Below are positions 37,780-49,953 of a DNA stretch of 63,511 nucleotides, piece after piece. This DNA comes from Chiloscyllium plagiosum (taxonomy: Eukaryota). The notes under the pieces were generated by a model that made no database searches, had not been told where the DNA came from, and saw nothing but the letters and a program-made list of their open reading frames with translations. Position numbers and translations under genes: made by a program. The stretch spans positions 3,108,286 to 3,171,796 of the forward strand of contig NC_057719.1 of assembly GCF_004010195.1 (NCBI RefSeq). Direction: 5' to 3'. Positions within the stretch are counted from its first letter, which is position 1. Each line of letters starts with the position of its first letter.

Positions 37780-38500
37780 CCATCTCCAATAAAAGAGAAT
37801 CTAACCATTGTTCCTTGACATTCAATGGTGTTATCATTATTAAATCCCCCACTATCAACTTCCTGGGGGTTACCATTGACTAGAAACTAGGCTCATCATG
37901 TGAATAGAGTGGTTATAAGAGCAGGTCAGAGGCTAGGAATACTACAGCGAGCAACTCACCTCCTGACTCCCCAAAGCCTGTCCATCATCTACAAGGCAAA
38001 AGTCAGGAGTCTGATGGAATACAACCCACTTGCCCTGGATGGGTGCAGCTCCAACAACACTCAAGAAGCTTGACACCATCCAGGACAAAGCAGCCCACTC
38101 AATTGGCACCACATCCACAAGCATCCACTCCCTCCACCGCCAATGCTCAGTAGCAGCAGTGTGTACCATCTACAAGATGCACTGCAGAAATTCACCAAGG
38201 TTCTTCAGATAGCACCTTCCAAACCCACGACCACTTCCATTTAGAAGGACAAGGGCAGCAGACACATGGAACATCGCCCCCTGTAACTTCCCTTGTAAGC
38301 CACTAACAATCCAGACTCGGAAATATATCGCCGTTCCTTCACTGACGCTGGGTCACCATCCTGGAATTCCCTCCCTCATGTTACCCACTACATGTGCACT
38401 GCAGCAGATTAAGAGGCAGCTCTCCATCATCTTCGTAAGGGCATTGAGGGATGGCAATAATAGTGGCCCAGTCCGCGATATGCATGTCCCATGAGTGAAT
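37780..38500 (+). mobile_element. Older LINE 3' fragment (CR1/L2 group)
   Basis: YKAKVRSLMEY...TTLKKLDTIQDKAA motif; 3' end GGCAATAATAGTGGCCCAG. Confidence 0.7.
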
Positions 38501-38577
38501 AAGAGGAAAATGCTGTTAGAAGTTGGGAAAGGAGAGGAGGAATAAAAGGGAAGCTGTGGAATTGGGCAGAGAAATCG

Positions 38578-39221
38578 CAGCAGGACCTTGATCAGCTGGG
38601 GAAGTGGGCCAAGAAATGGCAAATGGAGTTTAATATAGATATGTGTGAGGTCTTGTATTTTGGAAAGTCAAATCAAGGTAGGAGTTTCATGGTGAATGAT
38701 AGGGCCTTAAGGAGTGTAGTGGAACAGAGGGACCTTGGAGTTCAGGTTCACAGTACTCTGAAAGACAGGGCCGTGAAGAAGGCTTTTGACACACTGACCT
38801 TCATCAGTCAGAGCATTCAGTATAAAAGTTATGTTGCAGTTATACAAGACATGGGTTAGGCCACATTTGGAGTATTGTGTTCAGCTTTGATCACCTTGTT
38901 ATAGGAAGGATGTTATTAAACTGGAAAGAGTGCAGAAGAAATTTGCCAGGACTCAATGGTCTGAGTTATAGGGAGAGGTTGGACAAGCTAGGACATTTTT
39001 CTTTCGAGTACAGGAGACTGAGGGAGGACCTTATAGAAGTTATAAGATCATGAGAGGCATGGATAGGATGAATGCACTCAGTCTTTTCCCCCAGGGTTGA
39101 GGAATCGAGTACTAGAGGCCAACAGTTTAAGGTTAGAGGGGAAAGAATAAAAGGGAACCTGAGGGGCAAATCTTTTACACAGAGGGTGGTATGCATATGG
39201 AATGGGTTGTCAGTGGAGTTG
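38578..39221 (+). mobile_element. CR1 fragment
   Basis: MEFNIDMCEVLYFG, RPHLEYC and DLIEV motifs. Confidence 0.85.
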
Positions 39222-40540
39222 TAGAGTCATAGAGATGTACAGCACGGAAAAAAGACCCTTCGGTCCAACCCGTCCATGCTGACCAGCAATTCCAACCCAA
39301 TCTAGTCCCACTTGCCAGCACCTGGCACATATCCCTCCAAACTCTTTCTATTCATATACCCATCCAGATGCCTTTTAAATATTGCAATTTTATTAGCCTC
39401 CACCACTTCCTCTGGCAGCTCATTCCATACATGTACCACCCTCTGTGTGAAAAAGTTGCCTCTTTTATATCTTTCCTCTCTCACCCTAAACCTATGCCCT
39501 CTAGTTCTTTGTCTATTTATACCTCTCATGATTTTGTAAACCTCTACAAGGTCATCCCTCAGCCTCCGACGCTCCAGGGAAAACAGCCCCAGCCTATTCA
39601 ACCTCTCCCTATATCTCAAATCCTCCAACCCTGGCAACATCCTTGGGAATCTTTTCTGAATCCTTTCAAGATTCACAACATCTTTCCGATAGGAAGGAGA
39701 CCAGAATTGCACGCAATATTCCAACAGTGGCCTAACCAATGTCCTGTACAGCTGCAACATGACCTCCCAACTCCTGTACTTAATGCTCTGACCAGTAAAG
39801 GAAGCATACCAAACGTCTTCTTCACTATCATATCCACCTGCGATTCCGATTTCAGGGAGCTATGAACCTGCACTCCAAGGTCTCGTTGTTCAGTGACACA
39901 CCCTAGGACCTGACCATTCAGTGCATAAGTCTTGCTAAGCTTTGCTTTCCCAAAATACAGCACCTCACATTTATCTAAGTTAAACTCCATCAGCCACTTC
40001 TCAGCCCATTGGCCCATCTGATCGAGATCTCATTGTAATCTGAGGTAATCTTCTTCACTGTCCGCTACACCTCCAATTTTGGTGTCATCTGCAAACTTAC
40101 TAACTGTAACTCTTTTGCTCACATCCAAATCATTTATATAAATGATGAAAAGTAGTAGACCCAGCACCGATCCTTGTGGCACTCCACTGGTCAGAGGCCT
40201 CCAGTCTGAAAAACAACCCTCCACCACCACCCTCTGTCTTCTACCTTTGAGCCAGTTCTGTATCCAAATGGTGAGTTCTCTCTGTATTCCATGAGATCTA
40301 ACCTTGCTAATCAGACTCCCATGGGGAACCTTGTCAAACACCTTACTGAAGTCCATAAGGATCACATCTACTGCTCTGCCCTCATCAATCCTCTTTGTTA
40401 CTTCTTCAAAAAATTCAATCAAGTTTGTGAGAAATGATTTCCCACGCACAAAGTCATGTTTACTATCCCTAATCAGTCCTTGCCTTTCCAAATACATGTA
40501 CATCCTGTCCCTCAGGATTCCCTCCAACAACTTGTCCACC
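39222..40540 (-). mobile_element. CR1, 5'-truncated
   Basis: ORFs 40030-40539, 39673-40017 and 39302-39760 together span the RT C-terminal half. Confidence 0.95.
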
Positions 40541-41407
40541 TAACCCACATATCTTTTGACTGTGAGAGAAAGCGTATGGAGGGGCCTGTGTCCACATTGA
40601 GAAACAGTATTATGCACCACTTGCCCCCTCAACAAGCTCAATTTTACCCCTCTGTCATGCTGCAGATCCCAGAGGCACTGTCATTGATAATTCCATAACT
40701 GTGTCTGAAGGTGCAGTCACATATCCCCCCCACCCGCCAGAACTCTAGGGCATATGTTTAAGGTGAGAGGGAAAAGATTTAAATGGGATCTAAGGGGGAA
40801 GTCTTTCACGTAGAGGGTGGTGCATATGTGGAATGAGCTGCCAGAGGAAATGATGGAGGCTGATACAATTACAGCATTTAAAAGACATTTGGACAGGTAC
40901 ATGAATAGGAAGGGTTTAGAGGGATATGGGCCAGGAGTTGGCAAATGGGACTAGACTAATTTCGAATATCTGGTCAGCATGGACGAGTTGGACCTACAGT
41001 AAATCTCTATGACTCTATGATGCTCACAAAGTAGACATTGAGCTGTTATACCATACACCAGGGTGAAGTGAAACAGTCCATCAGCCAGCTCACCCCATGA
41101 CCCTTTCTCCTTCAGCTCAGTTCAGCCTCCTCTCAGTAACACCATCTGCTGATGGGAGTCTTCTGTTCTTACACACAGCCCTGTCCAATCCAGTCCAAGA
41201 GTTGTTTCTCGTCCTTGCTACTTACAGTTAGGCTGCAAGGTCACCCCATGAAAGCACAAACTGCAATCTTCCTTGGAAATCTGGCTTCCTTAAATTACAA
41301 CGGAATCTTTTTGAAAGCACCTAGGCTCATAACACAAGGTTAATCCTAGACTTCACAAAGCCATTGAGATACGTGGGTTTTAATCACTTCAAACCTTTTC
41401 ACAGAAA
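40536..41407 (+). repeat. Local direct duplication, copy 1
   Basis: Near-identical to 52516-53407, including non-TE sequence. Confidence 0.95.
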
Positions 41408-42460
41408 CGAGAGCAATAAAAATGTGAAACATTTGTCCAGACCAAGTTAGACCTGAAGACATAGGAGGTCATTCAACCCATTGATCCAGGCTGGTAAAGC
41501 ACATAAAAATGGAACCCAAATGGAGAACAGAGTCCACAGTAAGAAATTGTTGGACTCAATGTTGAGCCCTGAAGGCTGTAAATTGTCTGATTGGAAGATG
41601 AGATATTGCTTCTTTAGCTTGTATTGAGTCTTACTGCATCAAGCTGTAGACAGAAACTGTGGCCTGATGGTAGTTTGGAAAGTTGTGCAGAATGTGAGTG
41701 GTACCATAGAAATGCAGGTCATTCTGTCTAATTGAAGCCCTAAAAATGAGCCTGGAGGAATTTTGAAATGAACACCTTGATGAGACAGGAGAGAAGAAAT
41801 GAATGGTGATGGTATTTTTCTCAGATTTGTGGAAGAAGGCTGAAAGAAGGAACAAATTACTGCAGATGCTGGAATCAGGTTTGAAAAGAACAAATGCTGG
41901 AGATCACAGCGGGTCAGACAGCATCCACAGAGAGAGAGCAAGCTACTGTTTTGAGTCGAGATGACTCTAGATTCTAAACGTTAGCTTACTGTCCGTCGAT
42001 GCTGTCTGACCCGCTGTGATCTCCTGCATTTGTTGTTTTCAAACCTGATTCCACTTCTGAAGAAGAGTCATACCTCGGTCTCAAAACATTCTCTCTCTCT
42101 CTCTCTCTTTCTCTCCCTCTCTCCCCACTGTCTGACCTGCTGAATTTCTTCAGCCCTTTCTGTTTCTATTCAAGATTTCCAGCACCAACAATATTTTGCG
42201 TTTATAAACCTTCTTGCATCCTCATTGTCTGATTCAGGGGAGGTCATGCTGCAGTGCCAGTTTCTAAAAGAGAGTTTTCCATTAATTCCTTTTCCTAATT
42301 CTTTTGCCATAATCCTGCAAATGTTTCCTTTCCAATTATTTATCGAATTCCTGGTTTGAAAGTTTCTGTTTAATTAGCTTCCACTGCCCTTTCAGAAGGA
42401 TCATAGCAACTTGCTACAAAAATATAATTTCACCTCACCTGTCATTGTTTCTTTAGCTTG

Positions 42461-42489
42461 TCACATTTGCTCTTTGATATTCCAGGTAG
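42461..42489 (+). other. 3' splice acceptor of the TUNAR coding exon
   Basis: Pyrimidine tract TTTGCTCTTTGATATTCCAG|G with AG at 42484-42485; alternative AGs at 42455-42456 and 42488-42489. Confidence 0.6.
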
Positions 42490-42522
42490 ACCCGTCTCTC
42501 CGCCTCAGACCTTGCTGTGAAG

Positions 42523-42672
42523 ATGGTAATAACTGCGGCCAATGAAGAGGACAACGCTTCGAATGAAGAAAAGGAGAGTAAGGAGGAGACCATTCTGGCC
42601 ATTTTAGGCATCGTTGGGACTATCCTCAATCTTTTAGTCATCATCTTTGTGTACATTTACACAACGTTGTAA
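42523..42672 (+). CDS. TUNAR: TUNAR/megamind transmembrane microprotein (pTUNAR/BNLN homologue), 49 aa: MVITAANEEDNASNEEKESKEETILAILGIVGTILNLLVIIFVYIYTTL
   Basis: Manual translation; strong Kozak context AAGATGG; acidic N-terminus and C-terminal hydrophobic helix; matches the human 48-aa peptide as recalled (MVIT...EKESKEE...LGIIGTILNLIVIIFVYIYTTL). Confidence 0.93.
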   Translation: MVITAANEEDNASNEEKESKEETILAILGIVGTILNLLVIIFVYIYTTL

Positions 42673-45075
42673 TCAGGGCTGACCAAGCCAGGCAATAGAT
42701 ACTAACTGCAGTTGGGAGAGGCTCTTGATGGTGCTGTTAATGTAATAATAGTGTACACAAGGCAAGTCCTGATGTTCTTGACTATTCAAAGAACTCAATT
42801 ATCTTTACTTAAGATGCAATGTGAATGCGAGGACTGTGTTAGATAGAGAGCATCTATGTAGAAGACCATGTCAATTTGCCAGCAGGGATCAGCCTTTTCC
42901 TTAAGTCTAACATGCCAGGACACTGGTGCAATGAGGAAGAATAACTGATGTCAGGCTGGTAGTGTAATGATAGAGGAGGCCACCAGACAAAGGCTTCTGC
43001 AAGAAGCTCCAACCAAAATCACCAATGATGATCTTGTGGTATCTATCCTGAACAACACAGAACAGAGTTGGCTTTTTCTGTTCCTGTGCAATCCTCCAAC
43101 TGACTGTCTTCAAATCTGGATTATGTCTGGATCAATTCTCTGCAGCTAACCTTGAAGGTTTTACATAAGAAGTGCAGAGGATTGCCCCAGGGAAGGAAGC
43201 GAAGAAATGGATAACCTGGATGCAAGCAAACAAGCAGGATGTTCACCCATTAAGATGGATATATCACAGACCCTGAGCACCACAATGAATTGTCTCACTT
43301 GTTATCTTTTCACAATTCAAACATGATTGGATTTGAGCAGTTTCTGAACACACAGCATTTCCTCTGACTTCATGAGCTTCCAACTTCATCATCCCGGTCT
43401 GGAACATTGATCTGTCTGATGGTCTCTCAGAGGATCCACTGACCAGAATGTCCACCATTGTCATTTTGCCAATTTCCTGCTCATTCAGTCAATGTCATGG
43501 AGCAGCCTCTCCTGCCCCCTGCCTTCCCCAACCTGTATAAACAACTCTTCTGTTCTACCACTGGACAGGCTCACGTGAACCCCTCCCCCCAAGGTGGATT
43601 GGGTCACATGGCTGGTTTAGATCATGTGGTCCTCTACCTCATCCAAGAAATGACTGACATGTGACTCCCAATTACAATTTAGGATGAAATGAAATGGAAG
43701 CACATTTTGTAAGGAACTCAATTTTCCCACTTTTAGAGCTTGTATTCTGTATGAAACATTCGCGCTATTGAAACAGGGATTTTGGTGAAACAAAGGATAA
43801 TGTTTAAATTTTAATTATTCACTCGATAGGTCTTGGGACTTAAAACTATTTAATGTTAAACCATCTTCCTAACACCATTAGTGATATTTAACCTTGTTTT
43901 GAATGAATGGCCTTTTCCCTCAAAGATAAACATAATTTAAGGTTGCTTAACTGTCTGATAAAACAATCCAGTGGTTTTAACTATGATATATCAGAGTGAT
44001 TACAGGACTTGCATTTATCCCAGTGCCTTAATCTTCATTAAAATGCCCTAGTATGTGTCAAGGGCCAAACACAGATGAAGACAGAGTTAGGTGAGATGAC
44101 ATACTCAAACAGCTAGGTCTCCTGTGGAGAGCTTCAAAACCAGGGGGATCGGTCATGAGAGGTGCTGGTAAAGCCCAAACATTCTGACATGTTTGCCTAA
44201 TGCAAATTCAATTAACTTCAGCAGATCAACTAACTCCACAAAGATCTACGCACATGATGCACCAAGGCTCCTCAGACAGCGCCTTCTAAATCCCCGGCTA
44301 CTTCCATCGAGAAGGACAAGGGCAGCAGATACATGGGAACACCACCCCCTGCATGTTCCCCTCCGAGCCACTCAGCATCCTGACTCGGAAATGTATCGCC
44401 GTTCCTTCAGTGTCACTGGGTCAGAATCCTGAAACTCTGTCCATGACTGGACTGTGGGTGAACCTGGACATGAACTGGACTCTGAATTTCAGGCCTCAGG
44501 CCTCTAACATAACAGTGCTCTCGCAAAGACAGAACTTTATGTTTATGTAACACTTTCAACCAGGAAAACATTAAAAAGCATTTTATGGAATCACAGAGTT
44601 GTTAAGATATAGGTGGATGTCATTCAGCCTATCATGGGCTCTCTGAATTAGACATTTCATTTATACTGTTGTTCTGCTGCCTTAGCTGTGGAACCCAGTC
44701 TATTCTTCTTTTACTGATTTCCTTTTGCAAGCCTCAGTTTCCCCTGCCTCCACCACACTGTCAGGCAGGGCATTCAGCCCAAGTGAATTTCTAGATGAAG
44801 AGTCACCTAGACTCTAAACATTAGCTTGCTCTCACTGCATGGATGCTGCCCGACCCGCTGTGATCTCCAGCATTTGTTGTTTTCAGTGATAAAATTACAA
44901 TGAATTTGAATACAAGTACTTGTTGGCAGTGATTGTGTATTTAGTGTGTTATTTAACTGGTTTGTGTTAAACCCATCTGTGAACTGTTTGAAGAAATTGC
45001 TTTCTTATCTATTCTCCAGTTTAGATACTTTCCTGAATGGTTCACACAATTAAAAGGGACATTTCCCTCTGCTTT
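42673..45075 (+). other. Probable TUNAR 3' UTR
   Basis: Largely unique sequence, AT-rich distally; candidate ATTAAA at 45049-45054 followed by a T-rich tract; the end point is a guess. Confidence 0.4.
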
Positions 45076-45899
45076 TTCTCCATCATCAATAGCTTGGCAT
45101 TTCTAGCTCAATCACTGGTAGCTCACTGTGTGAAAGACAATGTTTCTCACCACATCATTTTTGCTTCATTTGAAAACTAAATCAGTGTTGTCTCGTTTTC
45201 GTGAATGGGAACAATTTGTCCCTATTTACTCTGTCCGGGCCACTCATGACTTTATGAAGATTATGATCAGACAGAAATGACACAGCATGGGAGAGGGAGA
45301 TGAATGATAGTTTGGTTAGAGAGAGAGAGATTTGAAGGAATACCATAGGACATTTAGAGAGGTTCAGAGAAGAGATTTCAGACCTTAGGGCCCAGGCAGA
45401 TAAAGGCCAAGCCACTGATGGTGGAGGAAAGGCAATGGGAAATATTGCTTTTCATTATGTGCATGATTCATAAAGATATCTAAACTTGAAGATAAATAAG
45501 AAAGTAATTTCTTCAGTTCAAAGAGGGCTTTAACATAAACCAGTTAACAAACACACTCAATATACAACCACTGCAATCAAGTACTCAAATTCAAATTCAT
45601 TTCCATTTTATCAGGGGCTATAGGTTCCAGGAATGAGTAACTTGGCTCTATGAGGATAGATTGAAGACATTGGGACTGTTCCCCCTGGAGAGAGGAAGCT
45701 GAGAGGAGATTGATAGAAATTTACAAGATCATTGAGTGGCCTGGAGGGAGAAGCTGTCCCAACTTGTAAAGGAGGAAGGAGTGAGAGGGCGTACATTTAA
45801 AGTGATGTGGAACTGAAGCAAGGGTGATATGAGCAAAAAAAAACGTTTTCCCGTAGTGAGTTGTTAGGGTTCGGAATGTACTGCCTGGAAATGTAGTCA

Positions 45900-46235
45900 A
45901 AGTCAGACATCACACAACACCAGGCTATAGTCCAACAGGTCTTTTTGATATCACAAGCTTTCGGAGTGCTGCTCCTTCATCAGGTCCTGAGGAAGGGTCT
46001 CTGGACCTGAAATGTTAACTTTGATTTCTCTTCACAGATGCTGCCAGACAGACATGCTGAGCTTTTCCAGCAACTTCTGTTTTTGTTTCTGTTGGGCTAT
46101 AACCTGGTGTCGTGTGACTTCTGACTTCATACACTCTGAGGAACAGCCTTGCAAGTTTGTTCTGCTGTAGTGGGTGAAGATTACCGACACTTCTGACTTT
46201 GTGCACCCAGTCCAACACCGGCAACTCTACATCAT
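45900..46235. mobile_element. Composite of two Penelope-like terminal modules inserted in a CR1 fragment (45610-46420)
   Basis: Inverted CACACAACACCAGG.TATAGTCCAACA arms; hammerhead-like motifs at ~45956-45983 (-) and ~45987-46016 (+). Confidence 0.65.
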
Positions 46236-47689
46236 GGAGGCAGGTTGGAGGCAGGTTCTGCTGAGGCATTCCTAACGGGCATTGGATGGTTATTTGGATA
46301 GAAACGGTCTGCAGGGATATAGTGAAAAGGCAGGAGATTGGCATGAAGAGATAGAACAGACACGACAGGGCCAAATGGTCTCATTTTGCACTGTAGTAAT
46401 CCTCTGTGATTCTTTGAATTCTGAAAGTCTGGGGACCACAGACTTATGGGGCCTGTACAGAACTCTCATTGGGGTCTGCAAAATAACATACACTGAACAG
46501 GGCTGTTTCTAACGGCTGGGCAGGCTGATCCAAGTTTGGTACAAGCCTGGATTCTGAAATGGATATACAGCCATACGTTAGGCAGAGCAGAGTGAGCTGC
46601 CTGCACCATCTCCCAGAGGAGGCTGCACATAAAATTCTGAGATTAACAGGGACATTGTTGTGGTAATGGTCAAGTAAACGTCAATTACTGAACACCCTGA
46701 TTACTTACAAATATCAAGCACTTATCATGTGTAGTGTTTTTCACACTTTGAGTATTTTAAATTCCTATAATGTAGATGGGGGTTTGTAATTCACTCCTAA
46801 TCAGGCCCATCAAGCAAAGGAATTTCAGAACCATTGACTTTTGTAACCCTGTGCGGTAATCAGAGAAATTTGGAAAATGATAGGTCACAAGAAATGAAAC
46901 ATAACTGCTTGGAACCCAGATGTGTGGGAACTGGAATGTGTACCAGGGATGTCACTGACTTTGAGCTGGAGAAATCAATGCAAAAATAAACAGCATCTTT
47001 ATGAAATACAAACTCCACTGGTTTGGGGGATTTAATTGTGACACACTCAGTAAACCACAGTTGTGTTAATCTTTCCATTGCAAATGTAAAGGCCTCCAGC
47101 TGATTGGAGACAATTACCCAGCTGACTGCACTCCTACAGCATTGACACAACATTCAACTCATCACTGAACAGGACGCAGTTTATAGCAACTTTCTCCGTC
47201 AGCTAATTATTACAAACAGCAGGGATCGGGAATTCAAATCCTTTTTCCTGCTGAACTCAAGACTGCGTGACAATTATTACCAAACAGGGAAGTTCTTATG
47301 TTTCTATAGCATCTTTTTGCTTTATTGAATAGAACAGGGGATGGTAAGTGAGGACATCTCTGTTACCCAGCACAGCTTCCAGTTTCATGGGATCTGAAAT
47401 AAAAATGCAAAATGTTGGTGAATCTCAGCAGCTGTAGAGAGAGGAGTCATAGCGGACTATTGAATGTGAAATCTGTTTCTCCACAGACGCTGCCAGATCT
47501 GCTGAATTTCCTGTTTTTAGTTCAGATTTCCAACATCCGGAGGATTTTAGTTTTGTACTCATCATCCGTGTGATCTGACTTTATATAATGCACACGCTCA
47601 GTAGAGTTTTTTAGATTGAAGGTAGAGTAAACTTTGATTTCACATCTCCTCTCAGTTTCACTCCTCCCACAACTTGTTCCCCTCATGAA

Positions 47690-47975
47690 AATGTAGAAAT
47701 GTAGAAAACAGGAGCAGAAGGAGGCCATTTGGCCTTCGCACCTACTGTACCATTCTACATGATCATGGTTGATCATCCAATTTTGTCCCCTGTTTCCCAC
47801 TTTCTCCCTACACTCTTTAATCCCTTTATCCCGAAGAACTACATTTAACTCCTCCTTGAAAACATTCAATGTTTTGGCCTCAACCGTTGTCTGTGGCAGA
47901 GAATCCCACAGTTTCCCCACTCTCTAGGTGAAGACATTTCTCCTCATCTCAGTCCTAAACAGCCTACTCTATATC
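47690..47975 (-). mobile_element. CR1 3' fragment
   Basis: LWDSLPQTTVEAKTLNVFKEEL plus 3' UTR. Confidence 0.8.
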
Positions 47976-48744
47976 GTGTAAGTGTGGATTATTTATACAC
48001 CTGTCATTGTCTACTTTGCTCCATAATAATGTCTTTGTGCTCCCCAGAGTGGCTCAGTGGTTAGCAACTGTTGCCTCACAGCACCAGGGACCTGGGTTTG
48101 TTTCCAACCTCAGGCACCTTATAGTGGACAGGAAGCCATGTGGCAGTGTGCACCCTGTATGCTTCCAACTCAAGGTCCTCGTCTGAGGCCCCTATGGCAG
48201 ATCCATCTGCAGCTTGCTCCCCCACCACAGAGAGTAAGGTAAGAGTGAGCTGGGAATTAAACAGGGACATACTGCCACTCTCAAAGCCCTCAGAATCACT
48301 GGGGTCACACAGGAACTGACTGCAGACCTGTAATGCAGAGTCACCTCCTCTGAGTTCGGGACAGGCAGGATCTCCTTTACTCTTTTGCCTCCCTTTTATC
48401 TGCTCGATAGAGAGGGTGGAACATCAGTGAGGAGTTACAGACCTTCATTGCAGGGAGCAGAGAGATGTAGGAGATGTGAGACTGGCAGCTGTGGTAGGTG
48501 TGGGAGGTAAGGTGGTGAATCACTGGTATGGGTACAAATCTACAAAGAAAGGTTATGTGTGTGTGTGTTCCATTTTTTTTTCAAATTGGCTCTGTTAACC
48601 ATTTTTGCAGAATAAGCCTTGTTTTAGGATAATCAATATTTTTGTTATTTATGAAAGAAATCTGCTAGATGGATCTTTTTATTCTGCAGTTAATATTAGA
48701 GAAGGTGATATAATTGGCCATTTCAGTATCTGCAGAAATCACTT

Positions 48745-49325
48745 AAAAGGCACTAGTCAGACACTAGCTGGAATACTGTGAACATTTTTGGGCTCCTTAT
48801 CGAAGGAAAGGTAGATTGAAAGTGGAGGGAGTCCAGAGCAGGTTCACGGGGCTGATCCAGGGGTTGGAGGGACTGTCCTATGAGGAGTGGTTCAGTAGTT
48901 TGGGTCTGTATTTATTGGAGTTTAGAAGAATGAGAGGTGACTTCATTGAAACATGTAGGATGGTTAGGAGACTTGACTGGAGGAGATGTGGAAAGGTTAC
49001 TTCCTTTGTGGGAGAGTTTGGAACCAGAGGCCATCATCTCAGACTTACGGGTTACCAATTTAAGATAGAGATAAGGAGAAATTTCTTCTCTCATACGGGA
49101 GTGAATCTGTGCAATTCTTTACCACAAAGGGCTGTCGAGACTGGGTAATTCAGTATATTCAAGGCTGAGAGAGATAGATTTTTAATCAGGAAGGGAATCA
49201 AGGATTACAGGGAAAGGGCAGGAGAGTGGAGTCAAAGATGATCAGATCAACCACGATCTCATTGAATGGCAGAGCAGTCTTGATGGGCTGAATGGCCTAC
49301 TTCTGCCTCTATTCTTATGGTGCTA
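48745..49325 (+). mobile_element. CR1 3' fragment
   Basis: ORF 48816-49148 EGVQSRFT...RRMRGDFIE...RRNFFS. Confidence 0.85.
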
Positions 49326-49953
49326 AATATATGTTGTGGCCAATGGAGTGGTGTGACTAGAGAGAGTGAGCTAGTCTCAGTCTTAACACTGTAATGCCCT
49401 GGAAGAGGTTTCTGAGTTTCGACATGATCACCTACTCATTCTGCAAAACTCTAGATAAATACCGAGCCGGTTTCCTCCATTTCTCCTCAGGGATAATCCC
49501 AGGGACTATCCTGAGGAAACTCAGTTGCACTCCATCAGTGCCAAAGAGAAGCATTATAGAGCAGGCCGCGGTTATAGCTTCCACTGGAGACACAGGGCTC
49601 ATTACTGGTCCTTCCTGGGAAAGGGAGCAGCAGCACGAGGATACTCCAAACCTGGGAAGCTTCAACAACTGACACTGTACCTTGTCCAAAGGTCAGATGG
49701 CATCCTCTGAAGAAACAGGAATGCTCTGTTTTCCCGAAATTAAAAACCTGAGAACCAGATAGCTGTGAACTGTGACCTTTCCAGGAAGAATATGATGATA
49801 TAGACATGCTTGACAAAGACAAGGGCAGATGACTCAGGACCACCTCATCGACCTAGAACCATAGAATCCCTACAGTGTAGAAGCAGGCCATTCAGCCCAC
49901 TGAGTCCACACCGACCCTCCGAAAAGCATCCCACCCAGACCCATACCGCTATT

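Noticed and set aside
42453..42656. 67-aa minus-strand ORF (MYTKMMTKRL...)
   Set aside because: Antisense shadow of the TUNAR ORF with no recognisable features
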